From: Marsupella aquatica
Taxonomy: Eukaryota; Plantae; Marchantiophyta
NCBI GenBank assembly: GCA_973895155.1
Contig: OZ316895.1
Coordinates: 21,836,558 to 21,900,557 of the forward strand
DNA: 64,000 nucleotides
Direction: 5' to 3'
Shown piece by piece: positions 61,575-64,000 of this stretch (the first letter of the stretch is position 1; every line of letters starts with the position of its first letter). A program made the translations under genes and the position numbers. The notes below the pieces were generated by a model, which was not told where the DNA came from, ran no database searches, and saw only the letters and a list, made by a program, of their open reading frames with translations.

Positions 61575-61660
61575 CCTGCTCATCTCGACATCTTTCTCGC
61601 TAGCACAATCATCGTTTTCTCTCCTTGACATTTTCTGTGCAAAGCAGGGGCATGGGCTAG
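61575..61660 (+). mobile_element. Helitron-like 3' terminus (second family member)
   Basis: TGTGCAAAGCAGGGG-catggg-CTAG-T (CTAG 61657-61660) preceded by CTCGACATCTTTCTC and CTCCTTGACA units like those at 1490-2000. Confidence 0.6.
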
Positions 61661-63740
61661 TCTTATAAAAACAAATGAAAATAAAATAGGATCTTATCCA
61701 AGTGGGGGTAATTATTCCCCTATGTAAGCCATTATCCCATTTGTTTCACACTTTAATGACGCTTTTTGTAAAGAAAGCTTTGGGCGGTTCTGTGTAGAGA
61801 GGGGTGCCCATCCAGTCGACTGACTGCCAATCATGGTTTGGATTGCTTTCGAATGAACGTAACAAGCTACAACCCTTGGGTTATAATAGAATAATTGTAT
61901 ATTATATTCAGCTCCCCACAGAGATAATTGACCAATATTATTCAAAAGCAAATATCAATTTCTTAATTTGTTTGTTTTTTGGGGTGTGCGCCTGTTCTTT
62001 GCCTGAATCAAAGGTGTTCAGTCCCCTTTTGAATCTTATCATTAGGTCAAGTTGTCAGGCCATTACTTGAAACTTCTTATTGGAGAATGTTAAATAGCCA
62101 TTTTTCCTCTCTCACTCTCACCCCAGATTGTCATTGGGGCCTCCTGTCAAAAAATGTGGCCATTGGAGTTTCAATTTCAAATCATTTGAGATAAAAGACA
62201 ATCTTACAATTTATTAAACCCCAGCATTAATCCCCAGAATGCCCTCTCTAGCTAAATGACTCCTAACAGGAAATCCAGGGAAAATGAGTCACCCTCAACC
62301 TGCCCCCAAAAGTTCTATTCCTTCTTTGAAATGAATCACTCGTTTCAAGAAGAGACTGGGCCATCGAGTGCCAATCGAGGCTAGTGAGTCGCAGCCATCC
62401 AGTATGAATTTACATAGTCCCTTTGGGGCCCCTGTGAGCAACTTTTCATCACAAAGGTGGACAGCCTTTTGATTTCTCCTGACTTTGGATTTCTAGTGGA
62501 TTTGAAGGTGAGCAAGTTTTGCTAGCCTAAAAAGGAATCCAAAAATTGGGATCTTGAAGGAACCATTGAAGCCGGCATTGAAGGTATGGTACACCAAATT
62601 TTGGCTAGAGAAGTGGTGGATATTTTGGGTTTCTTCCTTCTATGAGGACTTTTCCATTTGGTACTGTGATGTACATATTCTATGAGATAAAAGTGTGGTA
62701 TTAAGGGGAAAAATATTGTTTGCTGGCATGGAACTGATACCCGAAATCCATTTGGGGTTCAATTCAAGAGTGAATCGCCTGGTCCTGAGTACTTTGCCCA
62801 TTAAAAAAATATCTCCTAGTCTAGTGCTTCCATCCACAAAAAATAATCCCTCAACGGGACTAGAAAGGTCCGTCCCCACCCAAAGCACGAGAGCGTACTT
62901 TGAGAAGGGACAATGGAAGAGACAACAGAGTTGCTTGCACACGTGATTTGTTGCTTATCACCTTCTGCATCAGGACAAGGGATTTGTACTTTTAATGATT
63001 TGAAGAAGGATTAAAAAATGTAAGTTGAACGTGGAGGAGACAAGAGTGGACTGTCTAGAAAGCCAATGAGAGAGGTCGCTTTATGGTACCTGGCGAATGT
63101 TCCCTTGATGTTGCACAACTTTTGAGGCAAGCTTCACAGCCTTGCAATCGAATTGGCTGCACTCGATATCTCCCCGTTCGAGGACGAAAAAAATCTTCAT
63201 TCGAGGAGAAGGGTCACTAAGTACCTACCTCTCTACCAATTGTGTACCTTGGAATCTTGGTCATTGATTGGTTTACTCGATATCGCGTTCTGAGGTCAGG
63301 GCTATCGAGAATTTTTACCAGTTATGTGTGCACACGTGTATGCCTCGAACCCAGAGCCAAGCCATCTCTCCATTATTTAGTGGGCAGACAGATTTCCACA
63401 AGGGATTCAGTATTTCAGTCACTAGACCCCTCCTGAAATTTTTCCATTTGTATGTGCTTTACAAGGTTAGAAAGCATTATTTCCAGGTGAAGCCAGGATC
63501 CAGTGGGCCACCTTGGCTTGGGGATTGCGAAATTTGAATGAGGAGTGCAAGTGGCAAAGGATGGGGATTCTGAAATTTGAATGAGGAGTGCAAGTGGGCC
63601 AGGGATGAAGCTTTTGCAGTGTTAAATTGATTTGAATGGTTCCAAAATGTTCACTCAGGCTTTAGGCTTAGTAATTCATTCACACTTGGGGGTAATGGTT
63701 GTAACCCCCTTGGGCTCAGTGCCCACTGGGCTACATCACA

Positions 63741-63790
63741 TCAGAAACTATAATACAGCGTTGCGCCTTTTTTTCCCGTGGTCGTCATTT
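63741..63790 (+). mobile_element. Probable Helitron-like 5' terminus; the element continues past the window edge
   Basis: A^TC-AGAAACTATAATACAGCGTTGCGCCTTTTTTTCCCGTGGTCGTCATT, similar to 760-808. Confidence 0.5.
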
Positions 63791-64000
63791 GAATTTGCCA
63801 TGTCGTTTTCGGTGACAAAAATCAAATCCACAAAAATAAGAAGCAATAGGAAAGAACAAAAGGGAATGCAGCGCCGAATGCAGCCGCAAATGCAAAGCCG
63901 TGCAGAATACTGCAGCAGCGACCGTCCTTGCGGCGAGCCCGGGGTGGAGCGGGGCCTGAGTGAGGCCCGAGGATCAGGAGGGAGGCAGGCCTGAGGATCG

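Noticed and set aside
62300-63540. Short ORFs suggesting a decayed coding sequence
   Set aside because: Multiple stops and no motif I could assign; needs TBLASTX against TE libraries.

Overview
Eukaryotic nuclear DNA from a land plant, most likely one with flagellated sperm (bryophyte/fern/lycophyte-like), inferred from a ciliary NME5/RSP23-type NDPK gene lying among typical plant genes. Seven protein-coding genes can be reconstructed with splice sites: CHX cation/H+ antiporter (+, 3 exons), intronless ABC1K/UbiB kinase (+), NDPK-Dpy30 (NME5-like; +, 6 exons, last intron U12-type), intronless DEAD-box helicase RH24/DDX42 (+), DHDPS (+, 2 exons), FKBP42/TWD1 (-, 6 exons) and an A1 aspartic protease (-, 3 exons). 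Both flanks (about 1-13 kb and 56-64 kb) are rich in transposon remnants and minisatellites. Missed by the ORF track: a stop-free minus-strand frame at 1-759 encoding the CCHC zinc knuckle and restriction-like endonuclease of a CRE-like non-LTR retrotransposon, apparently split in frame by a non-autonomous Helitron. Also present: a tRNA-derived SINE family (one copy with a 15-bp TSD, one with an internal hairpin minisatellite), a Mutator-like MITE, LINE remnants and a perfect 389-bp tandem duplication. No rRNA, true tRNA or CRISPR array is supported. I found no clearly new multi-gene system. All identifications are from manual motif recognition, without database searches.
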